Assembly: GCA_002269645.1 (NCBI GenBank)
Contig: NIVC01001372.1
Location: forward strand, 62,001-126,000
DNA length: 64,000 nucleotides
Reading direction: 5' to 3'
Source: Macrostomum lignano
Taxonomy: Eukaryota
The notes under the pieces were generated by a model that was not told where the DNA came from, did not search any database, and was given only the letters and a program-made list of their open reading frames with translations. Of this stretch, positions 24,440-35,947 are shown one piece after another. The translations under genes were made by a program, and so were the position numbers. How positions within the stretch are numbered: the stretch's first letter is position 1; every line of letters starts with the position of its first letter.

Positions 24440-25904
24440 GATACGAATGAGACCAGCTGAAGTTGGTGGGATGTTTTGGGAGCAGAAATGAGAGCCTAAC
24501 AGATGGCTAATTCCAAGAAAAAAACTAATTATTGCTTTATAAGGAATATCCATGCACGAAAAGCCAATTTATGATTTTATAATGTCTTTAAGATCTAAAG
24601 AACAATAAAGATCTCTTCTATTGAATGCATTAAAGATAAGGATGAAATAAAACTAAATTTTCAACTTTCAATTGTTGAAAAATTAGGACTTAGGAAACAA
24701 CTCCATTATGACTAGGATGTTATTACTGGGCTCATAGACTTACAAATGATGATCTGCCTCTTTGAAACAATTTAACTGCTCACTTTCTACAAATCCACTT
24801 TTAGCTTTTTATTCTAATGTACTAGATGTAATGATGTTGTTAGCATCTTTAATTTTTAGTTTCTATCTGACTTTTTATTATTTAAAATTAATTGTAGTAA
24901 ATTAAATTGCAAGGTTCTCCAACTGTTACTTCAATATAATTGTTTTAAATATACTTTAAGCTTTATTAATTTAAGTCTTGGTTACTTTTATAATTTTTGA
25001 TAGTCATCTGAGTTTTAAATAAATTGGAATTCCCCGCCAATTTAAATTGTTGCCTTGCTCTTGTTTTGTATGCTCCACTTTTTGGCATTTGTTTCAAACC
25101 CTTTGTATCAACTTTAAACTAATAATTGAATTAGCTAAATAATAAATAAATAACTAATAATTAACTAATAGGTAATTACACTCCTAAACTTGCTAAATCA
25201 TACTTGAAATATTTAGTAATGTGAAAGAAAAACTTTTTAAAACATTACTACTCTTCTGTAGTTATGACTGGGATCATGATTAAGCAAACTATAGTTAATT
25301 AATAAAGCAACAAAACAGTTCCATTTTTCTAAACAAACTTTGCATTGACAATTTTATTTTTCATGTGTCATTTTCTACTGTAAGCTTTCTGTCTATCTTT
25401 AGATTTATTTACATGCACAATACATCCTATATACTAAAAATGAGTTGTCTGTATGTATGTGGGTAGGTATGCGATAGATTTCAGAAAAATTGGCTCAACC
25501 GATTTTCTTCAAACTTGCACCATTCGATCAGAAATTTTCCTGGGACGGTACATGCATCTTGGCTAAGAAATTGCTCAGTGTTAAAGGGATTAAATATTCG
25601 AAAAACATGCTTTTTTTGCAAAGGTCAAGCAGCTCTTTCGACCTGAAATGCATTGTAAGAATGCTAGAGAAAAAACTGACTGACTGAATTTTGATTCTGA
25701 TAAATATTACATCACAACAAGTTGAAAACAGTGTCGAAAAAATGCGCACAAGACTTGATTAAAATTGCGTAATTATATTGCTAACTTCAATTGAGACGGA
25801 TACTGGCTGACTGAGAAATTGATTATGTCATACACCTTTTTACACTAAACGACTTGCTGTAAGTATTGAATTATAAGGGCCAAAATTCATGTTCTCCAAT
25901 TGAA

Positions 25905-25975
25905 AAGAGATAGTCTAGATGCGAACAAACTGGACTGCTAATGTAGCGACCTGGGTTCGAATCTTAGTAGTGCAA
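25905..25975 (+). other. tRNA-Ser(GCU)-like Pol III promoter remnant inside the Helitron
   Basis: A-box-like tagtctagatg (25911), tggactgctaat anticodon-arm-like motif (25931-25942), B box gggttcgaatc (25953-25963). No intact cloverleaf. Confidence 0.45.
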
Positions 25976-26009
25976 AATAATTTTTTTATTAAAACACCTT
26001 AAAAACACA

Positions 26010-28640
26010 AAATGCTAAACATAAAAGAGCCACCATGTCGAACATTACAGAGCCACCATATTGAACATAAAAGAGCCACCATATTAAAAATAAAAGAGCT
26101 ACCATGTAAAACATTAAAGAGCCACCATATCAAGCATAAAAGACCCACCATGTCAAACATGTACGTGACTCCATGCCAAATATTAAAGAGACACCATGTC
26201 GAACATTAAAGGGCAACCATGGAAAACATATACGTGACTGGATGTCGAACATTAAAGAGCCATGTCAAACATGTACGTGACTCCATGTCAAATATTGAAG
26301 AGACACCATGTCGAACATTAAAGAGCTACCATGACAAAAATAAAAGAGCCACCATGTCAAACATAAAAGAGCCACCATGTAAAGCATAAAAGAGCTCCCA
26401 TGTCAAACATGTACGTGACTCCATGTCAAATATTGAAGAGACACCATGTCGAACATTAAAGAGCTACCATGACAAAAATAAAAGAGCCACCATGTCAAAC
26501 ATAAAAGAGCCACCATGTAAAGCATAAAAGAGCTCCCATGTCAAACATGTACGTGATTCCATGTCAAATATTGAAGAGCCACCATGTAGAACATTAAAGA
26601 GCGACCATGTCAAACGTAAAAAAGCCACTATGTCAAACATAAAAGCGCCACCATGTAAAACATATACGTGACTCCATGTCAAACATAAAAGAGCCACCAT
26701 GTCAAACATAAAAGAGCCACCATGTTGAACATTAAAGAGGCACCATGTCAAAAATAAAAGAGCCACCATGTAAAGCATATACGTGACTCCATGTCGAACA
26801 TTAAAGAACCACCATGTCAAACATGTACGTGACTCCATGTCAAACATTTAAGAGCCACCATGTAAAAAATATACGTGACTCCATGACAAACATATACGTG
26901 ACTCCATTTCAAACATTAAAGAGCCACCATGTTGAACATATAAAAGAGCCACCATGTAAAGCATATACGTGACTCCATTTCAAACATTAAAGAACCACCA
27001 TGTCAAACATAAAAGATCCACCATGTCAAACATTATTGAGCCACCATGTCAAACATTATTGAGCCACCATGTCAAACATAAAATAGTTTATTTTGTTTTG
27101 TTTTGTCAAACATTAAAGAGCCACCATGTCAAACATATACGTGACTCCATGTCAAACATAAAAGAGCCACCATGTCAAACATAAAAGAGCCACTATTTCG
27201 AATATTAAAGAGCCACCATGTCTAAATTAAAAAGCCACTGTGTCAAACATTAAAGAGCCACTATTTCGAACATTAAAGAGCTACCATGTCAAACATTGAG
27301 GAGCCACCATGTCAAGCATAAAAGAGCCACCATTTTGAATATTAAAGAGCCACCATGTCAAACATTTAAGAGCCACCATGTCAAACATTTAAGAGCCACC
27401 ATGTCAAAGCTAAAAGAGCCACAATGTCAAACACTAAAGAGCCATCATGCCAAACCTAAAAAAGCCACCATGTCTAACATATACGTGACTCCATGTCAAA
27501 CATTAAAGAGCCACCATTTCGAACATTAAAGAGCCACCATGTCAAACATAACAGAGCCACCATTTCAAAAATTAAAGAGCAACGATGTCGAACATAAAAA
27601 AGCCACCATGTGAAACATAAAAGAGCCATCATGTCAAAAATATACGTGACTCCATGTCAAACATTTAAGAGCCGCCATGTCAAACATTAAAGAGCTATCA
27701 TGTCAAACACAAAATAGCCACCATGTCAAACATAGAAGAGCCACCATGTCAAACATTAAAGAGCCACCATGTCAAACATAGAAGAGACACTATGTCAAAC
27801 ATATACGTGACTCCATGTCAAACATTAAATAGCCCCCATGTCAATCATAACAGAGACACCATGTCAAACATTAAAGAGCTACCATGTCAAACATTAAAGA
27901 GCCACCATGTCAAACATTAAAGAGCCACCATGTCAAACATTAAAGAGCCACCATGTCGAACATAAAAGAGCCACCATGTCAAACATATACGTGACTCCAT
28001 GTCAAACATTAAAGCACCATCATGTCAAACATATATATGACTGCATGTCAAACATAAAAGCGCCACCATGGTGAACATTAAAGAGCCACCCTCTCAAACA
28101 TAAAAGAGCCACTATGTCAAACATATATGTGACTCCATGTCAAACATTAAACATAAAAGAGACACCATGTCAAAACATTATTGAGCCACCATGTCAAACA
28201 TTAAAAAGGTTGTTTGTTTACTTATAAAAGAGATAAAACACATAAAAGAGCCACCATGTCAAACATATATGACTCCATGTCAAACCTTAAACACAAAAAA
28301 GACACCATGTCACACATAAGGGAGCCACCATATCAAACATAAAAGACCCACCATGTCAAACATAGAAGAGACACAATGTCAAACATAGAAGAGACACCAT
28401 GTCAAACATAGAAGAGACACCATGTCAAACAACTAAGCCACCATGTCAAACATAACAGAGACAACATTTCAAACGTAAAAGGGCCGCCATGGCAAACATA
28501 GAGGAGCTACCATGTCAACATTAAAGAGCTATCATGTCAAACACAAAAGAGCTACCATGTCAAACATAGAAGAGCTACCATGTCAAACATTAAAGAGCCA
28601 CCTTTTTAAACAAAAAAGAGACACCATTTCAAACATAAAA
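26010..28640. repeat. Degenerate minisatellite, about 21-bp unit (aaagagccaccatgtcaaacat), inside the Helitron
   Basis: Visible units with acgtgactcc variants. Confidence 0.92.
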
Positions 28641-28839
28641 ATAAGTGTCATGCCAAACAAAATGGAACATTATAAAGCTAAGGAAATTGTTGCACTAGCT
28701 ACTTGTTCTCTGGTGGATGCTTGCTATTTAAGGATGGATACTTGCTATCAGGGGGATGCTTGCTCTTGGGGGTGGAGAGTACTTGCTATCTGAGAGGGGG
28801 TTGCTAGATATCTATAAGGTCTCTTTGTATCCAGGTTAT

Positions 28840-29510
28840 GCTTGCTATCAGGGGTTGCTTGCTGTCTGGGGGATGCTTGCGATCTGGGGGATGCTTGCTA
28901 TCTGGGGGATGCTTGCTATCTGGGGGATGCTTGCTATCTGGGGGGATGCTTGCTATCTCGGGGATGCTTGCGATCTGGGGGATGCTTGCTATCTCGGGGA
29001 TGCTTGCGATCTGGGGGATGCTTGCTATCTCGGGGATGCTTGCGATCTGGGGGATGCTTGCTATCTCGGGGATGCTTGCTATCTGGGGGGATGCTTGCTA
29101 TCTCGGGGATGCTTGCGATCTGGGGGATGCTTGCTATCTTGGGTTGCTTGCTATCTGGGGGATGCTTGCTGTCTTGGGGATGCTTGCGATCTGGGGGATG
29201 CTTGCTATCTGGGGGATGCTTACTATCTGGGGTCTGGGGGAATGCTTGCTATCTGGGGGATGCTTTCTATCTGGGGGATGCTTGCGATCTGGGGGATGCT
29301 TGCTATCTGGGGGATGCTTACTATCTGGGGTCTGGGGGAATGCTTGCTATCTGGGGGATGCTTGCTATCTCGGGGATGCTTGCGATCTGGGGGATGCTTG
29401 CTATCTTGGGTTGCTTTCTATCGGGGGGATGCTTGCAGTCTGGGGGATGCTTGCTATTTGGGGATCGATGCTTGAATGCTGTCTGAGGATGCTTGCTGTC
29501 TTGGGATGTT
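28840..29510. repeat. Minisatellite, 18/19-bp unit (gggggatgcttgctatct), inside the Helitron
   Basis: Visible units. Confidence 0.92.
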
Positions 29511-30648
29511 TTGTTTTTAAGAGGGAATGTCTGTTGTTTTTTATGAAGGCTTTATTTTGCTGTCTATTTGTTATTTGTAAAGAACAAGGATTCTATCCAG
29601 ATGTCCCCCATCGGGGGGCAAAGATTGCTAGTAATGACAACTAATCTTTATAACAAGTTATAAACTGATTTAAAAATAAATAATAAATTAATATTTTTTG
29701 TAACAATTGTTTTACATGGCATAGACAAAAAAATGAGCTCATATGCACCCTTAGCTTAGGATGGCAAATGCTTTATTTGTAAATGCTATCCCCAATAATG
29801 GCCATTGGCTGCAATATGAATTAGTTAGCAAGATTTAAGCACTATATCATTGATTATTTGCCAACTTAGTTAAATGGTCACATGGTTTACTGGCCCTCTA
29901 TCTTTCCATTGTTGATACCAATATAGCCAACTTGTTTACTATCCTACAAAATATATACAATTAAACTAAAAGGTGCAAATGGCCAATGCCAATCTTTTCT
30001 CTAGCAAACAATCATTAAATTTTAACTTATCTCCAACAATAACATGAGTGGTTTTAATTGCATTTAATATAGAACATGTTTTACTTACACTCTCTAATAG
30101 CATCCTATACCCTTTAATACATAGGCCATAGCATAGTCAGGAAGATAGCCTACACAATGGATTTCTTTGGCATATATTTGCTATGTTATACTTGGGCTAG
30201 AATACAATCTGGCATACAAAAAATTATGGCTTACAAACTTGGCATACACACTGGTGACACTGGCATACATTTTTACTTTTGTCACTTACCTGGAATACAA
30301 TTTTAACCAAACATAATTTTAATCTAATATAAAATTAAGAATAGTATAGCTAGTACGAGCTATAAAAAATTTTAGGGCTATTACTTTATTTTAAAACATA
30401 CAGTTTAATATTATAAAACTTTCAAACAAAAATCAAAAAGTATAGAATACAATAAATGAAGCATTTGTTTTTAATTTTGTTTTAAATAGTTGACTATGTA
30501 AACCCTATATAACTTTTGCCAACACATTTTGACATTTTTGATACTTAAAATACTGCTCAAAGCAAGGTCATATACATGTACTATTCATGTATGCTTGTAT
30601 GTATGTTTATTATAGTATTGTAGCAGCCTGCAATATATCAGTTATATT

Positions 30649-30946
30649 CATACATGCGCAACCTCTGAAATTTGGTCGGCCATGCGACTTAGTTTTAACA
30701 AAAATGCGGCATAGTTTTTGGCCAAAAATGCGACTTACATGTAAAAAAACCCTAAAGCAAAATTAACGCAACTTTGGGTAAACGGCAGGAGTAACTATGA
30801 CTGTCTTATTAAGCCAAAATGCCTCGTCAGCTACTTAGTACTACTACTTGATTATTTTTTCGGGTGGGCATTTTTGCAACTTCCTTGGTTGGCCGCCAAA
30901 TTGGTTGGCCAGATCGGCCGACTCGGCCGACTGTTGCGCATGTATG
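30649..30946. mobile_element. 298-bp MITE-like element with 14-bp perfect TIRs, carrying a 28S rRNA fragment
   Basis: catacatgcgcaac (30649) / gttgcgcatgtatg (to 30946), with subterminal gtcggcc motifs on both sides. No clear TSD. Confidence 0.65.
30776..30839 (+). other. 64-nt fragment derived from 28S rRNA (R2/I-PpoI target region); not an rRNA gene
   Basis: gggtaaacggcaggagtaactatgactgtcttattaagccaaaatgcctcgtcagctacttagt aligns at about 56 of 65 columns to the remembered conserved eukaryotic LSU sequence GGGTAAACGGCGGGAGTAACTATGACTCTCTTAAGGTAGCCAAATGCCTCGTCATCTAATTAGT. Confidence 0.8.
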
Positions 30947-32966
30947 GTTATATTGCATATCATTTGGATTAATTGATTTATATATATATGTATAATGTAG
31001 GATGTAAATTTATTGCAAAAAAGCTAAAGGAGTTTTATGACCCTTTGCATGGTGGGCTCACAATATGTAGGGTTGGCTGAATTTTATTATCATTGATAGA
31101 AAAGTAGGCCTTGGTGCATGGGGAGTTAAAAAGCTAACCTAAAATTTATTAATAGACCCCCTATCCTAAATTGCTTTGATCTTATTTGTTTTATTTTATA
31201 TAACACTAAGTGGCACAGTTGCAGATAGGGGATAGTAGCTAATGAGCCCAATTGATTCAAATTCATTTGGTAAATTAATATATAAAATTTTTACCAATTG
31301 TTAGTAGGTCAAATATTTGAAAAACCGAAGTTTTTAATGCTTTTGATATTTGAATTTTTACTTGAATGTCTACTTACTATCGGGGTTTAGTGTTATAATG
31401 GTCTTATAACTTATATATTCAGCAACATTGAAAAGTTGCCATCATAGAAGATTCTGTCTATGGTTGTCATTTTTAAGAGTGCAAGTAAATTTTCCCAATT
31501 TTTGCCAATGCATACCTTTATTTAGGTTTTTATATTATAGGTTTTATATAGGCCTTTCCTTAGTTTTTCTAAATGTTTTTTTAGTTCTTGGACTAAGTGG
31601 TCCATGATTATGGTCCCCAAGACTAAAGAGCTAAGAATTAATAAATAATGCAAGTTAGCAAGTATAACCTAAACTTCACTTTCAAAAGAATTTTATCTAA
31701 GACTATATTAGACCCCTATATTTTATAATACTAGGCCTATGACTAGGTCATTGGTCAGATTGTCATATTCCATTTTGTCAAATTAGATGACAAAGTGACC
31801 AGAAGCAAAATAGCTTTAAAAATAATATAATGAAGTGACTAAATATTCAGTTATGCTGGATACTTCATCATTAACCAATCAATCTGTTTAAGATTAGAGT
31901 TAGTGTAAAACTATTTTTTTAAATAATTATAAGCTGCAGCAAGCAGAACTGATTGATTGACAGGTTTTATCAATTGAGATGACAAAAATAAAATGACTGG
32001 GATCATTAGGATTCCAAGTAAAATTAGTAAATAGGCCTAGGCCCTATGTTTAATTGCCACATATTCACTTGGAGTTGGAACTTATATGATTAGTAGATGA
32101 CAAAATGACTCTTTTCAGGTAGTGCATGCTAACTAAGATGACGAACTGACCCTCATCAAGGTGAGCACCTGGGCAGACACCCCAGATAACAAAATGGCAG
32201 ATGACAAAATGACTAGGAACCTATGAGTATGACTATGCCTCTTGAAAATTAGGTAGGGGCCTAGACCTAAGCCTATATATAGGCCCATTAAACCAATCCC
32301 ATGAAGAATCTCTTCCTTAGGCCCCTATCCTAGAACTCTTTATTTATTTGCCAATATGGCTATGCTGTGGCTTAGCCTATGTAATGGCTACAGCAGCAAG
32401 GCCCCAGTAGTTAGTTTTCAGCTAGGGCCTACCCAGCCTACATAGATTCGGGTTGAAGCCACATCGAAATAGAGATTAAATTTGAAATCAGCACTCTAAA
32501 AAACCTATAGGCCTACCCATGGCCTGATAGGCCTAAACTTAAAGACAAAATAAGAATCCAAAATTTAAAATATTTTATTTTTATATTTAACTAAACTTGA
32601 AAGGTCAAAAAGTCCATAATTACACGATCTAACTATGCCTAATGAACAACTTTGACGTTCAGTTCCCGTCCTATATAAATAAACAATGTCTATAACAAGC
32701 AGCACGGAATATGGGTTAGAGTGCAACTTGACAATTTTCGCTTACATCGTCAAAAAACAGCTGTAAACATTGCTAAAATTACTCAAAGCAAATTGTTTAA
32801 CACTTTCTTGATTTAAAATTAGGAAAAATGTTTAAATGGTTAGTAATAACTCTTTTTAGCTAGAGATAAACCACGCTTAGCTGTAGTTTAAAACTGAAAA
32901 AATATAATTTGTTTAACCCTTTTTGGTATCCACTTTTAAATACACGCGTATTTTTGAACATTAGTC

Positions 32967-34020
32967 TACCACGCGTCGATTTGAAAAAGTTAGTTCATCG
33001 ACTGAAACTTTTACTAGTTTTTATTGTTTAGTTGTATTATTTTATAGAATAATGGATGAAGATGAAAACTGTTTTTATTGGCATTTAGTCCTTACTACTT
33101 CCGTCGTCCTAGACTGAATGGTTCAAAATGGCCAGCTTCAAAATCTTTCCAGTTTTCACCAGGTACCAAATCTAAAGTAGCTGTAGAGTTACAATATGTA
33201 CACCATGTACTATAATAAAGTAGTAGGACGGTAAACTACTTTTCTTGGAATTTGTTGGAAGGATTAAATGTTTTCCTACATTGATCTGCCTATATCGTCA
33301 TTGAATGAATTGATGAATATGTTTTCCCTTTTTCAGCACAAAATTCAAAAACATCATGCATCCTCGCGGATAGCAGCTGAGCAGAATCTTTTTCAGTTTT
33401 TTAAGGCTGATCCCAATCGATTTCTGCAGCGTTTGGTGACGGTGGACGAAACCTAAGTCCACTATTTCCAGCCAGAGTCCAACAAGCAGCATGCAGTTTA
33501 AGCAGTGCAGGAAGCGAAGGCTGGCCCCGTCAGCAGGAAAGGTGATGGTCGTAGTCTTCTGCGATGCTGATGATGTTGTGCCTGTGGCTACCTGGCAAAG
33601 GACCATGCCATCACGAGGGCGTACTACTAATTAGACCTGCTGCAACAGCTGAGAGTTAATGCCATATGAGAACGTGTCGAGGGAAGCTCTCAGCAGAGGC
33701 GCCGTGCTGCTGCTGCAGGACAAGGCAACACCGCAAAAATCGGTGGCCATTCACGAATGGACCTCGTACCGCCAGACTTTTATCTGCTTCAACAGCTTCT
33801 TGTGGTATGATGACGTCATCATATATAGCAGAATAGTTTGTTGAGCACTCCGATAAAAGTGTTCTACTCAAACGATAGCCAGGTCATTTGAGAATCGCTG
33901 GAATATCCTTCAGGTGTATAGCATCGACTTGATGGGGACTATGTTGAGAAATAAAACGTTAATTTTTATCTGCTGATCTCCTTTCTGCATTAAGCCGCGA
34001 ACTTTTCAAACAACCCTATT
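32967..34020 (+). mobile_element. Degenerate mariner (DD34D-type) transposon, copy A
   Basis: Fragments FLQRLVTVDET*VHYFQPE, PSAGKVMVVVF, LSRGAVLLLQDKA and terminal GDYVEK*. Right TIR acttttcaaacaacccta. The left TIR is degenerate near 32967. Confidence 0.88.
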
Positions 34021-35115
34021 TAACCTCATATCCTGCAGTCTCTTTCTTTCTCAACCCCTTTACCTCTTTCATTTTGCTATCTCTCCATTATCTCAAATTA
34101 TCTCTTTCCCTTCTTCAATGTATTCTTACACGCAACATATGCGTCTCAATTCCATCTCTTCAATCAAACAGACAGTTATAGTCTAGCTTTATATACTAGC
34201 TATATCGACGAAAACAGACTTATTTTGACACGGTTTAGCAAGTTTATTTGTTGTTGCTAATTCTATTGTATACTGCATTCATAAATTATTGATAAAGATA
34301 ACAAAATTAAATTTGATAAGGAAATAACAAAGAAATTAGCGCAACACACACTGTGATTCTGCATGCCTTCTTAAATAAAAAGATTGAATTGTAGAACAGT
34401 GTGCTATACTTTTATACTAACAAAAATTTAAAAAAAAGTTATAATAATCCGAAAACTCCCAAATTATGCTTACATTAAAATCGCGGCTTTTTATCTCACT
34501 TCTCAATGAAAATAATTCTTTTTTTTCATAAGTAGTGGTAATCAAATTGCAAAAGAGTAATTAAACATTAAAACAGAAAAATAGTTTACCTTAATAAGAA
34601 GGATACGATGATTTTATTAAACATACGCAAATAATAAAATATAATGATGGCAACACGGATTGATTCCATTATTAATAACTGATGTGGAAGATTAAACGAA
34701 CATAGTACTAGTGGATTTAACGAGTAATTATTAAAAGAAATGAGACAGTAGAACATTTGTTAAAACAGATTACAAGAAAACATTTATTATAAACTGGTAA
34801 AAATACCTAGCGGGGGGGGAGACAAGCACAGCACAGACATTCAAGTTAAAAGTTAAAACATAACGTGTGGGAATAAAACTTGAGTTAAAACTCAATACAA
34901 AAATAATTTTTTTATGTAAGAACTCACTTTTAACAACTTCGCGCACGATCGGTCTTACACTGAGTACCATTAAACGAGTTAAATTTAAATGAAGTAAATT
35001 TGTCTATTTTAGCTTACTGAGAGTGCTGTCCAGAAATGTACTACAAGTTTCAGAGTTCAGGCAAGTGCAACAGAGTTTTAAAACATTACCAACTCCCAAA
35101 TAAAGATTTAAGTGC

Positions 35116-35317
35116 TCAGAGGAAGCCCAGCTTGGCCAGCCGTTCAGTTTTCGTTCCCTTGGAGTTGACGCCGGCCGCCGCCGCCGCGCCCCCGTCAGTT
35201 CTGTCTAGCGGGGCGCGCGGACTGGCGCCAGACGGATTGTAGTCCGAATACGCCTTTCGCGGAGTCCGCGTGCCCAGGATCACCGAACGGGGGCCGCCTC
35301 CGCTGCCGTTGATCCCG
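35116..35317 (-). pseudogene. Orphan duplicate of the 3' end of the GPCR last exon, truncated by the duplication junction
   Basis: Matches 50819-51020 (GINGSGGGPRSV...LAKLGFL*) apart from a few substitutions. Confidence 0.9.
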
Positions 35318-35318
35318 T

Positions 35319-35947
35319 TGGTAGCAAGGCTGGCACAGAAGCATTTAGTTTGGTCCAACAAGCATCAATTTGGTCCATAGCTTCATTTGAAATTGCTGCG
35401 GAGGAGCAAGATCAGCCCCAGATTTGTGGACCGTATGCTAGGCTTTTGAACGAATGCCAGAGGTGAACACCCAAAGGACACTGCAAGGTTGCTGAATGTA
35501 CTCGTAAAAGAAAAGATGGTTTGCAGCATCCATCAGCGCGTTGAAACTCTGCTGTCAGAGATTGCCTGCGAGGCCTGTGGAAACCGCAAAGGCAAGGTGC
35601 TCGAGAGTATCAGGTCCAACTGCTACTCGATGCAATTGAGACGAAACCTTTGTTGACGTTGCAGGAAATGTAGCAGCATTTGAAGGAACAGTTCCGTTTG
35701 GTTATCAGATTTGGACTATCAGCAGAGCTCTGGAAAAGCGACTGAAAATTGTTGGTAGAGAGGCTGACATTCCAGCGGTACGCAACAACCTGCAGACGGT
35801 TGCGGAGAGGCAAGAGCTTGCCCAATGGCTCACGAGCGTTCGGACCCAATTGATGCTTGTTGGACCAAATTGAATGCCGCTGTGGCAGGCCAACGTATCT
35901 TGGATTAAATTCAATGCACCTAGGCCCAAATGGGCTGCAAAAAGCTA
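35319..35947 (+). mobile_element. 5'-truncated copy of the IS630-Tc1-like element
   Basis: Matches 13124-13752 and lacks the outer about 85 nt of the left TIR. Confidence 0.65.

Larger units (their letters stand above)
25425..29631 (+). mobile_element. Non-autonomous Helitron, 4207 bp
   Basis: 5' TC(ctatatactaaaaatgagttgtctgtatgtatgt), 3' hairpin tgtccccc-atc-ggggggca then CTAG. Inserted between A and T with no TSD. Copy B shows the empty site tacA|Taatgac at 45334/45335. Confidence 0.93.
13124..35317 (+). repeat. Tandem segmental duplication, copy A (22.2 kb including the Helitron)
   Basis: 13124-25424 matches 35319-45334, and 29632-35317 matches 45335-51020. Many ORFs in the track are identical pairs. 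Confidence 0.95.

Noticed and set aside
26012-29644. His-rich and Cys/Gly-rich ORFs (KSHHVKH, GDACYL) resembling metal-binding or metallothionein-like proteins
   Set aside because: They lie wholly in the two arrays inside the Helitron, and all three frames are open.
30284-30293. U1 snRNA 5' end (ACTTACCTGG)
   Set aside because: No downstream U1 stem-loops or Sm site. It is simply a consensus donor (CAG|GTAAGT) on the opposite strand.
30776-30839. Functional 28S rRNA gene
   Set aside because: Only 64 nt match, with mutations at invariant positions and non-rDNA flanks.
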